64,000 bases of DNA from Protoeuglena noctilucae. Taxonomy: Eukaryota. This document shows positions 48,461 through 61,434 of the stretch, one piece after another. Within the stretch, counting starts at the first letter, position 1, and each line of letters opens with the position of its first letter. Under the pieces are notes generated by a model. It saw nothing but the letters and a program-made list of their open reading frames with translations, was not told where the DNA came from and made no database searches. The stretch covers positions 682,001-746,000 of the forward strand of contig OY253675.1 in NCBI GenBank assembly GCA_958009085.1, read 5' to 3'. A program made the translations under genes and the position numbers.

Positions 48461-51400
48461 TCATGCATCCCCCACCCCCGCCAGCTCCCTCACTTCCCTC
48501 TCCCTCTCGCCCCTCCCATCCCCCGCCACCCCCATCAGCACACGCAAATCACGCGCCCTCTCCCTGCGACGGTCTGCGGCCGTCTGACGGCTGAAGGCCT
48601 CGCGCTGCAATGCCGCCTTGGCTGCCTGGGTAATGGGAAAGGGTAAGTGATAATTAGTAGTTATGAAATAAGGAACGAGAGGTACTGAAGGGCCGCCTTG
48701 GCTGCCTGGGTAGTAGAGAAGAGTAAGGACAGTGAATAAGGAGAGATGATCAGATAGTGAGAGACGCTGCAGTGCCGCCTCAGCTTGGTTGTACGCCTCA
48801 TTACCCCAACACTCACATGAACTAACCCACGTCACTCTCTATCACCTCTATCACCCATTCCCCACCCCGACCACCCCCCACCTGCAGCGCCAGCATCCTC
48901 TCCTCCACCGTCCCCCTGGCCACGTATCTCCGCACCGTCACTGCCTTCGTCTGCCCCAATCGATGCACCCTGTCCATCGCCTGTTCCTCCACGCTGGGGT
49001 TCCACCATGGATCGAGGATGTGGACGCGGGACGCCGCGGTGAGGTTCAAGCCCACGCCGCCTGCCTTGAGGGACAGGAGCAGCACGCGGGGGGAGGTGGG
49101 GGAGGGGGACTGGAAGGTGGAGATGGCGGCGGCCCTGGGGGGGTGGGTGGGGTGGGGTTGAGATGAGAGGATGAGGTGTTGGTGCAGGTGAGGATAGGGT
49201 GGGTGGCGAGCAGGGGTGGCAGTGGAAATAGCACAACGCTTGATAATTGCCGATCCCGCCCCTCGCAATCACACACTCCCCTGACGTGCGCAAGACCACA
49301 GTTTAGCCACGATCTACCCTTACACCTGCCCTCACACACCCCACCCCCCCTTCCCCCCCTCACCTCTGCGGCGCGGGCACCGTCCCATCGATCCTCAACG
49401 ACTGCACCCCCACCTCCCCCAATGCCCTCCCCGCGGCATCCAGGGTGCCCCGGAACTGAGAGAACACCACGTGCTTGACGGGGGTGTTGTCGGCGTGAGT
49501 GAATGGGTCCGATTGGATGAGGGTGATGAGGCGACGGATCTTGGAGGAGAGGGGGGGGGTGAGGGGGGGAGGGGGGGCTGGGGGGGGATGGGTGGGGGTG
49601 GGGTGAGTGAGTGTGTGAGTGAGTGGGGTGAGGTGCGGTGAATGGGAGTGGGGTGGGTGGGATGAGTGGGTGATAAGTGAGGGGGGTGTCGTGGAATGAG
49701 TGGGAGTGGGTGAGAGTGGGGACTGCAGCGGTAATGGTATCTAGTCAAACTCAGCCCTGCACCACTGCTCTCCCTCTCTCATTAACTCCTCGCCTGCTCT
49801 TCCCCCCCTCCCCCACGTCTGCCGCATCCGATGCGTCACACTAACAACACCTGACACACATCTCATATACACACATATATACATTCAAATCCACCTCTCA
49901 CCTGCTCCTCTCCCTCCTCCCCCACGTCTGCCGCATCAAACAGCGTCTGCCAGGAGAGTGGGCCGCGGCAGAGGGGGCAGCGGGGCTCAGCGGCGATGAT
50001 GACGGTCTCAATGCACATCTGGGGGGGAATGGGATGGGAGATGTTGGTGTGTTATGTGTTGAAATGATATTATTGAACATGATCAATCAATGATCATGGA
50101 TTCGACAAGCTATAACCATCAAACTACCATCAACACTTGTCTCCCTCCCACACCTTGCAGAACACGTGCCCGCATCGTAGTGACAACACCACTACTAACT
50201 CACTCTAACTCTCTCTCTCACTAACTCCCTCACCTTGCAGAACACGTGCCCACACAGGGTGATGACGGCATCGCTTGGCGCGTCCAGGCACACGGGGCAG
50301 TCCTCCTGCGCACCCTGGCTGAGCAGATCACGCAGACGAGCAACGGAGTCGGGGGAAGCGGGAAGCTGTGAATGGGGGGAGGGGGGGGGGGGGGGGGGGG
50401 GGGGTTGAGTGATGAGGGTGGGGGGTGAGGATGGTGGTGGTGGTGGTGGTGGTGGTAATGGTGGTAATACTGACTCGGGGGAAGCGGGGAGCTTGGGGGG
50501 GGAGGAGAGAGGGGGGTTGAGTGGTGGGGGTGGCAGTGATGGTGGGTGCGGTGAGGGTGGGTGGCAGTGGGGATGGCAGTGAGGGTGAGGGGTGAGCGTG
50601 TATGGGGGTAACGCCCCCAAACAGTGAGCCACCCCCAATCACCCCATCATCCCACCACCACTCACCCTCTTCCCCCCCCACTCCTGCATGCTGGGCACAT
50701 CCACAAGCAGAAACAGTGAACACATCACAAATCACCTCCAATCACCCCCCCAACAAATCCCATCACCACTCACCAACACTCACCCTTTCCCCCCCCAACA
50801 AACCCCAACCACCATCACCCCACTCTCACCTTCTTCCCCCCCCACTCCTGCATGCTGGGCACATCCTTGGGCACCAGCCCCGGGTGGGAGCAGACCTGCC
50901 GCATGCGCAACAGCAGCTCGAGGATGGTGGCATAGGATGACAGGACGGCGTCGTCGTCGCGACCCATGCGGGCCACTACCATGCGAGAGAGCGACTCCCA
51001 TTGAGCATAGAGGCGGGACTCGTCGGGCTGGGTGTATGGGAGAGGGATGGTAATGTTATTATTACTATTGTTATATTACTAATATTGATGTGTCTGGTAT
51101 GTTTATGTTTATATTGCATGTCAAGTGTGCGAGAGAGCGACTCCCATTGGCGGTACAGGCGGGACTCGTCGGGCTGGGGGGGGGGGGGGGCAAAGTGTTG
51201 ATGGGTAATTATGAAAAATGATGATTGGCAATTCTTATTGTTTGTTATCGTGGGTCATGGTGCTACTGGTACAACCAATAGGAGCAATATTACTCAAATA
51301 CAGTAGATGCTATCACATGTACCCATTCTCACCTCCAGGTCGACTGTTTCGATGACCACCGTCTTGGATGGGAGCGACACCAAGGGGCGGCCGTCTACCT

Positions 51401-54400
51401 GGGGGGAGGGGGAGGTGATTCCATGTTAATGGCTAGATATTGTGCAAAAAGCTTGTCATGTTTATCATGTTTACCATGCTTATCATGTTTATCTATTACC
51501 ACCTCCCCCACCTGCATGTCCTTGGTCCTCCGCAGCGCCAGTGCTATCGGTGAACACTTTCAGACAAGCACTATCAACAATACCATAACTGCCATTAAAT
51601 TATCACCATCACCACATCCTACCTGCATGTCCTTGGTCCTCCGCAGCGCCAGTGCCCCCAGGAAGACCCTCAGCGCCTGGAGACCCTCCTCACGACCCTG
51701 GGGCGACACAAGCAGAAGAGATTAATAGCAAATCATAGCAAATCAGAGAATCTGCTGACCTAAATTACAGCAACTATGGCAACAATATCACTGCCAGTGG
51801 TAATAAGTGTTACAAATGTATTACTATGATGATATATAGTACTATCTATAACAATTAAACACCGCTCTCACCTCCCTGAGCGGCCTGGTCACGGCCCTGT
51901 TCCACGCAGCCGGGCTGTCCATGAGCGGCAGTCGCAGGAACCGCGCCAATCCAAACAGGTCCTCTGCCTTGTTCTGAATGGGGGTGCCGGTCAGGATCCA
52001 ACTGGGGGAGAGAGGGGGGGGGTGGTAATTGTTATATAACAATAATATTCAATTACTGTTGTAAATATTGTCCCTTCAGTACTATTATTATATGACTAAC
52101 AATACCACTCTCAATAGTACCCACCCTCACCCCCACTCCCACCCCCGCCGCCACCCTTTCCACCACCCCCACCCCCACCCCCACCTTCACCCCAACGCAC
52201 CCCACTCCCCCAACCCCCCCTCCTCTCATCACCCCCACCCCCACACACCCCACGCCCCCATCCCCCCCCACCCCTCACCGGAACTGCGCCTGGAGCGCAC
52301 AGGCGGCCTTGTTTGTCTTGGTGCGTGGGTTGCGAATCACGTGACCCTCATCCAGCACCACGCGCAGCCAGGGTGTGCGGGAGAGGGGGCCGGTGGTGCC
52401 CTCGGTGGACAGCACGTTGTAGGTGGTGAGCACGATGTCGTAGCTAGAGAGCTCTGGGGGTGAGGGTGGCAGCGAGGGTAGCAGTGGGGGTGGCAGTGGG
52501 GGTGGCAGTGGGGGTGGCAGTGAGAGTGGCAATAAGTGAGGCAATGATTGTGGCAGTGGGGGTGGCAGTGGCACTGGGCTGGCGGTATACCTTACTCGGG
52601 TGAGCAGGGACACATGTCACACCCCATGCGATCTTCGCATGCCTTTGTCACACTCACCCTTGGCCCCCCTGGCCCTGGCCGCATTGGAGGAGTGGTACAG
52701 GTGCACCGAGAGTGCGTTTGGCAGAACGTGCTGTCGGATCTGCTCCTCCCAGTTGCTCAGCACGCTGACCTGGGGTGAGGGGAGGGAGAGAGTGGGTGGG
52801 TGTGAGCTGGTAAGTGTTGTGTTATATGGGTTGGCAGTCATGAAAACGGTGATCATCCACCCGGGATCATCGTTTCTACCAATACCAATCTCTTTCATAC
52901 CATTAATAGCTAGCATTGCCAGCTCATCCACACCAACTTATCCACTCCCTAACCGCGCACACGATGAGCGTCCGCTGCTCATCCCTCAACCCTCACCATT
53001 CTCACCAGTCAGCTGTAATACCACTGATATCTAATGATCATGATAACAAATTATTTACTCTCTCACCGGGCACACGATGAGCGTCCCCTTGCCCCCTTCC
53101 GCCTCCACTGTCGCCCAGTCGCCGTGCAGTGCCCCGTCCATCGACCACGCCAGCGACAACTCCGCATCCAGCTGTGACTGGGTCTGGGGCTGAGACACTG
53201 CGATTGTAAGAATAGGGACACTCATGGTTTGGTAACAATCAATGTGGATGTGCATCAACACACCCGCACCCGCACTGCCACCCCCACTGCCACCCCCACC
53301 CGCACCCTCACCTGCACCGCCACCCCCCTTGCCCCTCCCCCACCTCCCGCGCCCTGCCTTGGCCTTGGCAGTCTTTTTGTAACCCTTCTTGGGGCGCTTG
53401 GCAGGGGCCTGCGAGTAGTCATCAAGTGAACACCCATAAAGATAGTGAATAAGTGACTATTCGATTCGGGGACAAAACGTATGCCACATATTATGCCACA
53501 TATTATCTCATTTGCTCAAATCAGCTCCTATGATCCTCACCTCCACCACCACCACATCGTCATCCTCCTCTCTCTTGACCACCCCAGCACCCCCACCCTT
53601 GTCACTCCCCGCAGCCGCCCCCACCACCACCACATCATCATCATCCTCTCTCTTCACCCCTGCGGCAGGTAAAGAAGCGCCGAAATTACCCATCGCATCG
53701 CCTAGCATCCACAGTGCCACACCCGCATCACGCATTACAGCACCTATCACCCTAGCCACCCACACCCACATCACAGCATAGCATTTACTACCCTAGCACC
53801 TATCACACCCACCCGCATCACATGTCATCACCTCACAACATCACAGTACCCCATCCCCTCTCACCTTGCACGCCTGTTGCTGTAACCGAGTCCACCACCG
53901 GCGTGGCCCTCAGCACCGGGACACCGGCGCTGTCATCTCCACCCACGTTGTTGTTACCCATGTTGTTCACCACCGTGCCGTTGCTCATCCCAGGCAGCGC
54001 AGGGAGGGTCATGGGGAGGCCATAGAGCTGCATACCATTACCCATAGCCAAGTAAGGGACGAGGCGAGGGTCGGCGACTGGCAATGCAGGCATGGTCCAT
54101 TGGGGTTGCATGCCCCAGCGAGGGTCGATCATGGGCAAGGGGGGAAGGGAAATGGGGGGTAGAGTGGAGATGGGGGGTAGAGTGCCCAGGGGAGCGCTGA
54201 GGTGTGGGTTGAGGGATGGGTTGCTTGCATGGTTGAGTTGGGGGTTGCTTGCGGGGTTGAATTGGGGATTGTTCTGAGGGTTGCTCGTCGTGTGTTGGCC
54301 AGAGGGGGCGTTGACGGGGAGGAGGGGCGGGCGAGGGACGCCGGGGCGGTGGGAGACGATGAGTGCCAGTGCGGTGATGGTCTTGCCCAGGCCCTGCGTG

Positions 54401-56305
54401 TGTGAGAGAAAGGGTGCATGATGTAAGACAATGAGTGCGAGTGCGGAAATGGTCTTGCCCAGGCCCTGGGTGTGTGAGAGAGAGGGGTGGGTGAGGGTGG
54501 GCTGTGAGTGCGGTGGTCAGTACCCAGCGATCTCACGCGTTCTGCAAAACGTCGGTATCCATCAGTGATCACCACTATTATCATTCCCATGTGTACGACT
54601 CACCATGTCGTCTGCCAGGATGCCACCCCTACACGGCTGGGGTCGGTTGGGGCCGGCGTTGTGGTGGAAGAGGGTGTTGACGTACGAAAGGGCGCCGCCC
54701 TCCAGTCGGGGCTCCCAGAAGGGGGGGAGGCGGCTGCGGAACTGTGTTAAAGAGAGGGGAGGTGTGGATGGGGTGAGAGTGGGGGTGAGGGGGAGATTGG
54801 CATGGGCAGAGTGGGGTGGCTGTGGAGGTGTGAGCGAGAGAGTGGCATGAAGGGTGACGGTGAGCGGACTGCGCTGAGCGAGAGACAAAGAGGAGCGCAT
54901 GCACCCTAATTACACCCTGTGTATGACCCGCTCTCGAGCTCTCACCTCGCGCTGCATCATCCACGCCAACGCCTGGCGCTGGTGGGGGAAGAGCGGGGTG
55001 AGCAGGTCGGGGAGTGGCTGGGCTTCACAGACCTCCGCAGCCTGCAGGTGAAAGGCATGGATTGGGTTCACCAACCAGACAGCTGACCCAACCAGCCGTG
55101 GCGACTCGCAAACGCATCGGTCCACAAACACATCTCCTGCACTCGCTGGCCCCGATGCGTAGATAGTATCGAGCAGCATCCGACCCACTGCCCTCCACAG
55201 CACTCACCTGCTCTCGCAGCATCTCCTCAAACATCGCATCCAGCCGTCGCTGCAGGGCGTCCCTCGGCATGCGCGCGCCGGTGCCGGTGCCCAGCCTCTG
55301 ACCCGCGGACTGGCCCCCGCGGAACGTACCGCCCCGGACGTTCGTGCTGCGATCCAAGCAAAGGCCCGGGCTGGCCATGAGACCTCGAGCTCGGCCACTA
55401 GGGTCGGTGGGCGCGACGGGCGCGGGGGCGGCTCCCGCGCCGCGCAGCTCGCGCACATCGTTCATATATCGCTACTTGCCTCGAGTACTGGTTCAGATAA
55501 GGGTTGTCCTCCTCGAGGACCGTCACGCCATCGCGCTCCAGCCTCTGCAGAACGAAGGTGCGGTCCTGAGGCCGCGCGTAGAGGTAAACATTGATGGGGG
55601 CGTTGAACCTGCAAGAAATGGGCCGGGAGGTCGACGGTCGGGACGGGAGGGAGCTGCGAACACAGTGTGGAGCTGCTGGCCACTTCGGAGCGACGGTGCC
55701 CCGCCGGCAGGTCCGCGCGGGTGCAAATGCATCATGACATGGCTAAGCAAAGGCTGAGACGGGCGGCGGTACGTTAGCGCGACGGATGAAGGGCGTGCAG
55801 CTGACGAGACCTAGCAACGCCCGCCCGGGGTCACTCACTTCGCGCGCATGCCCATGTAGGAGAAGGGGACCTGTCCTTCGCATCGGAGCTTCCCGGAGTC
55901 CATCTGCGGCCGCAGCAAGGTCGCCACGTCAACCGGTCACACCGTTCCTAGGTCACGCACGATTCCGAGCGAATCCCGCGAACAGGTCGGACACAGCCGC
56001 GCGCCAAGCGTCCGTATGACCAAGACCGTTCGTGGAGAGGTCACGCCGCACCGAAGGACCCAACACACGGTGCTCACCAGCGGGGCCAGCGCGGCGGCCT
56101 TCGCGCGTGCGATGAAGCCCACCCGGTGGTTCAGCACGCTGTATATCCCGATAGCGTTTTCGTCATACGCGTTCTCGTAGTCACGTTGCAGGATGGCCAT
56201 CTCGCCCGCGCCGATGCGGCCATTGGCGAAGCGGATGCCCACGATATCCAGCGGCGCCACGCCCACCAGGTCGAACTCGAGGATGTCCTCATCCTCGTCC
56301 GACAT
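48461..56305 (-). CDS. HLTF: HLTF/RAD5-like (SMARCA3-like) protein: HIRAN + SNF2 ATPase + RING + helicase C
   Basis: HIRAN (IVGIRF...[14 protein letters not shown]...VGFI), [81 protein letters not shown]...[44 protein letters not shown] and GTVEERM. Confidence 0.92.
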
Positions 56306-56611
56306 GTCGGCGCAGCTGGCGCCCAGCGGGAGGGCCCGACCAATCTCGCGACGCCACAGGACGTTGGTATGGGAGCCCGCAGTAAGAAGAATCGAGCGAA
56401 GTGATGAGGTGGAACGAGTCTCGTGCAGCGCTCGTGCCGCGCTCTGCACCGGCGGAGACCAGGCGAGGAGCCAAGAGCTCGCATCGCCACCGTTGCTGAC
56501 GCCAGGCTCCACGCCTGTCTCACCCCCGGTCTCACTTTCGGCCGCATTCCCTTCCAGTGTGGAACCGACACGTCTCTTCCGCTCGCGTAGCTGAGTTAGA
56601 TACGGCGGAAG

Positions 56612-57763
56612 ATGAGGTGGTTGCGGTCGGCGGTCCTCGCCTTGGCATGCGCCCTGCTTGCGGGGTCGGCTGCCGCATCCCTGCAGGATGATCTCCAATA
56701 CATGGACATGGACGGTGAGAAGACGCGCGTTGCTTTCTTGAGATCGGTGCCCGCGTGGCTGAGCGCACACGTGCGGGGCACTGGGCGTTCCGTCGACCAG
56801 CGAATCGAGCCGCTCCGGCCCGCGTGCGGTCCGCAGGGGACGGCTGCGTGACACTGGAGGAGTTCACCGACTACGCACAGGCGGAGATCGGCGCGGATGT
56901 CGTGGAGGAGTGAGTTTTCGCGCTCGCGTGCATGGCTTGTTCTCAAGCCCCCGCGCAGGCGACAGCGTCCGATCCGTCTCGCGCCTCGCGCAGGGTGATT
57001 GAGGAAATCTTCGGCGACAAGTCGCGCGTGTGCACGGGCGCGCGGGGCGGCCCGGCTTTCTGGCAATCCCAGGCGAGGCCCATCACGGTGCCCGGCGAGA
57101 AGTGGAAGGGCCAGCCCCTGCCGGGCTGCACCCAGCCCGAGTGCTGGCTCCCCTCCTCTCCGTCCGCGGCCGGCGAGCCGACCACCGTGACCATCTTCGG
57201 CATGTCCTACTGCGGGCACTCGATGCGCGCGGCCACTAACCTTTTCTCACTGGTGGAGAACCGCCCTGACAAGTACCGTGGGCGCGTCTTCTGGGGGGAC
57301 CAGGGCGGCATGGTGAGCGAGGGTGGATGTTGTCAATGTTTGCAGCACCCTCAATGCACGTGCACCCTCACTGCATGTGCAAACACGCCTGCACCAGCAC
57401 CTGCACCCTCACCGGCACCTGCACCCACGCAGGACGCTCCCGTGAGCCTCCCCAAGGAGTCTCTGAAGGACCGCCTGACTCAGTTCTGCCAGAGCAAGGG
57501 CTGCGGGTACAGCAGGCAGACGCACCCGACCTTCCCCATCGTGTTCATCGGGGACAAGTTCGTCGGGGGCAACTCGGTGAGGGACGAACACAGGGGCATA
57601 GATGGATGGACAACCAGTGTGTGGTCAGACATATGATTGCTTGTGCGGTCACCCTTGTGGCCACGCTGCTCATGTGGCTGGCGTTGCCAATGTGTGCTGT
57701 GTATGCTTTCTCGCGCAGGATTTCGAGGCCATTTTCTTCCAGGAGCGCGCCGAGTGGTACTGA
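56612..57763 (+). CDS. Secreted EF-hand + monothiol glutaredoxin-like protein
   Basis: Signal peptide MRWLRSAVLALACALLAGSAAA. Splicing 56714 to 56837 creates DMDGDGCVTLEEF. Splicing 56909 to 56994 continues in frame to VTIFGMSYCGHS, then TFPIVFIGDKFVGGNS. The last exon DFEAIFFQERAEWY* ends at 57763. Confidence 0.75.
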
Positions 57764-58259
57764 GCCCACGGCTAACCCTCGCAGGGTCACCCTCAGTACT
57801 GGGTTGTATGTGCGAGACGGGATTGAAAAGACTACCTTTGCTCGCCAGCAGTTGCACGACTTCACAGCATGGAGACAGCCAGCGCCACGGGGCAGCGCAC
57901 AGAACATGAAACCATCTACAAAGACACGAAGCCGAGCGTCGCTGACCGTGCAGCGCACGTCAGCTCTCGAAGATCCCTGCAGCAGCGCCAGGCCAGCACA
58001 ACGCGCATCGAACGCTACAGAAGCGTCCGGCGCCATTGACGAGGCGCAGCGTGTCTCGGGAGGCGCGCGGGCACACCACAGTCAGGGCGCCTGACACGCG
58101 GCCGTAGCCAGGTGCAGGCCACGCCTGTCGCCCCGGGAACGCCCGCGATCCAGTTCCGCAAGCCCATATTCGTCACAAACGCGAGGACGCGCGAAAGGGA
58201 GCGCGCTCTGCATCGCTGAAGGCTGGTGCACGCAGCCCACCAGTGGAGACCATCAGCCC

Positions 58260-61042
58260 CTATGCCTTCTCCTTCTTCTCCTTCTTTTCCTTTTTCTCCT
58301 TCTGCAGACATCCCGAGCAAACCAATACTCAGCATCGCCCCTTGGCCATGAGAACACGCCTACATTAGATTCTCTCGCAGCCCCGGCCATGATCACTGTG
58401 CATGCACTTCGACACCCGCCAGCCTCCACTCCGCACCTTTTCTTTCTTCGCCTTCTTGCTCTCCCTGTTCTCCGCCCCGTCGGCCTCCACCTTGGCCTTC
58501 TTGTCCCCCCGCCCGTCCCCCGCCTCCTCCCTCTCCCTCTTCTTCTCCTTTTTCGCCTTCTTCGCGTCCCCGTCCGCCATCACCACGTCCGCCCCCGCGT
58601 TGTACCCCGCCCCCGCGCCCCGCGGCTTCTCGTACTTGGCCGGCTGCGCCTGCGCCTTCACCACCGCGTCCGACCCCAACTGACGGCCCTCCAACTGACG
58701 AAGGCGGGCCTCCACCTGCGGAAGGGGATCGAATGCACACATAGTATCGATCAGTCACTCGATTCGCATGCACAGTTACTCGACTCGCATCTACACGTGC
58801 TCCCGGCACCCTCCTCGCCCCTCTCCACTCCCTAACCACTCGCCATGCCCCCGCCCACACCTCCCCACCCTTCTTCCAGCCCCCTCGCCTTGTTCCTCCC
58901 GTCCAGCCCGACCGTGGCGTCCGTCGACTCCCCCAGCGCGTCCACGCGGATGGCCAGCGAGCACTTGGCCGCGAGCACGCGAGAGATCTTGCCCTTGATC
59001 TTGGGCGCGCTCTGCCCCACGAGCGACGCGTGGTAGATGAGGCCGTACTTGGGCGTCTCCTTCTTGGTCTTGAGCGCCCGGAAAAGCGCCTTCTCCGCCC
59101 CCAGGATTTGAACCGTCGACGCGGGGTGCTTTGCCAGGCTGAGCAGCGACCCGGCGTGCGAGATGAGCCGCGCCCCCACCAGCTCCCCCACCAGCACCGT
59201 CAGGTTCGGCGCCACGGCCTGCATGCGGCTCTTCAGGTAGTCGTACAGCTGAGCGCGATACTCGGAGAGAGAGATGACCTGGTCCGCCAAGGACTGCACG
59301 TGCGCCAAATCGTCCGCCGATATCTGAGGGGCAACGAGGGGGCGGGGATGGGCGGTGAGTAAGGAAGAGAGACAGAAGGATGGGCAGGTGGTGCTGGCGG
59401 CGAGTAAAGCCATCTCCTCTGCACCCCATCAATACCATCTTAACACACCACCCTCACCTCCGTCCCCATCGACACCATGGCCGCGTCCTTGACCTCCTGC
59501 GCCGTGTCCTCATTCGCGCAGATCCCCGCCAGGTCCGCCTCCTGGGCCTTGGACCGGTCCCCCAGGGCCTTTACGATGCGGGCGTACTCGAGGTTGTCGG
59601 GCACGATCTTGCCCATCTCGGGGTAGTGCCAGCCGTACCACTCCCGCACGCGCATGGCGTACGTGTTGAGCTGCGAGCAGAGCAGGGGGTGGGCAGATGT
59701 GTGGAAGCTGTGCATACAGTATGCTGAGCAGACAGTATGCCAAGCACGGACGTTCTCTGTCCCACGTATGCCCACTCCACCGCCCCACACTCGCAGGCAG
59801 CGACCCGCCCATGCATGCATCTGTCCAACATGCACCCATTCAAACCACCCCATACTCGCAGGCAGCAACCCGTGCACACACGTGACCCCCCCCTCACCTC
59901 CTTGTCCAAGTCATCCAGGAGGCCAATGGCCTGCACGATCATCGTGTCGACCTTGTCCGGCGAGAACTTGAGCTTGTAGCGAGACAGGGAGTGCGACAGG
60001 CCCAGCGCCATAGGGGTCAGGTCGTGGCCCGCCAGCCCCGCCACCAAGCCCTGCAGCTGCGTGCGCACGCCCCGGACGAGCTCCAGCACGCCGTTGCCGT
60101 GGATGCATGGAATGCCGAGCTTCTCCTTAACCAAAGACCCCAGTTTGGCGTCGATCACGGCCAGCGAGTCGCCCTCCGCGTGCTTCTTAAGGAACTTCTT
60201 CAGGTTCTTGCTCAGCTTCGAGTCCACGATGGCCGTGGCCGCGGCGAGGGCCTCCGTGGTGTTCTCGAACTGAGAGAAGGCCTTCAGCTTCACGATCTGC
60301 GGGGGCGGGGGCGCGGGAGCGTCGGGCGCGGCGGGGCGGGGGGCGCACACCTGGGCGCCGGCCGAGCCGAGACGCGGCGCGGAGGGGACCCCGGGGCACA
60401 GCCGGCGTGCTCGCTACGAGCACCCGAGCACGTGGCAAAGGACTCCGCCTCCGCTGGTCCCCAGGGCGCGGCGGGCGGCCTTCCCGCGGGACACGGCGTG
60501 CCGCCAGAGAAAGGGGCCCGGCGCCCGGAGCCGAGCAGAGGCGGCCCACCCAGGGCACCCGAATAAAGGTGGGGCTCAAACGGACGCGGAAAAGCGTGCC
60601 AGACGGCGCGTGGGCCAGCAAGCCGCCGCACTTCCGCCCGTCCCAGGCCCCCGTCCCCTCCCGCGTCTCCAAACAGCCTCCGCCACGGCCATGACGCGCA
60701 CCGACGAGAGAAATCAGCACAAAGAGGACATCGGGCGAACACGGGGCGCGGGAGGACGCGGCACGAGCGTGCAAGGGCCGTCCGTCACCTTCTGGGCCTT
60801 CTCCAGCGTCTCGAAGTCCGAGAACAAGTCCTGCGCGGGCAGAGACAGTCATCATTCGTACCATACGATGCGGTGGGTGAGCGGGGGGCGAGTTAGCCCC
60901 CTCAGCGCGACGCCGGTCCTGCGCCCCTTTGCTGCCGGCCCTGCGCGCGCGCCGGGGCCCCCACCTCCGCCTCCTCGACCTTCTTCTCCTTCAGAACCTT
61001 GAAAAGGGCGAAACCCGCTGCCGTCTCGAACAGCAGCAGCAT
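58260..61042 (-). CDS. NOP58: Nucleolar protein 58 (box C/D snoRNP core)
   Basis: [103 protein letters not shown] and a KKE-rich tail. Confidence 0.97.
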
Positions 61043-61434
61043 CGCCCCGCTCGCACGCACGCCCTACCCCGCGACAGCGGCCAACAGCAGTCCAGCGGAC
61101 GATTGCAAGCGGATGCCGAGTACCGACGCTGGCGGTTTCCAAGGCAGTCACGACTGGCAGCACGTGGGGGCCGCGGCGTCCCCAACGACCCCGGCGGGCC
61201 AGGCACTGGCGTTGCAGCACGCCGCGAGTAGGCATGGCGCGGACGAAACGTCGTGTTTTGAATGTTTTGTGGGGCTGCGGCGGACGCCTATCGCGTGAAA
61301 GGGAAGCGGGCGCTGCCAGGCCTTAGCATTACTGCTCGCATCAAACGGTGGGGGAGAAGGGAGAACGGAAAACGTGCGGCCATGCTGTGTCAAACGCCTA
61401 AGCCGGCGACCCTCCGGCGCCGGACTCTCGACGT

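Noticed and set aside
60298..60963. Intronic box C/D snoRNA in NOP58 (ATGATGA near 60850 on the minus strand)
   Set aside because: The C-box-like motif is ~20 nt from the acceptor with no downstream CTGA or terminal stem. A covariance-model search would be needed to exclude it fully.
166..61042. Functional clustering of DNA-repair genes (SNF2, CRY-DASH, HLTF) or ribosome-related genes (RNF10, PUF6, NTMT1, NOP58)
   Set aside because: They are interspersed with unrelated genes and belong to large functional categories, so chance cannot be excluded without synteny data.
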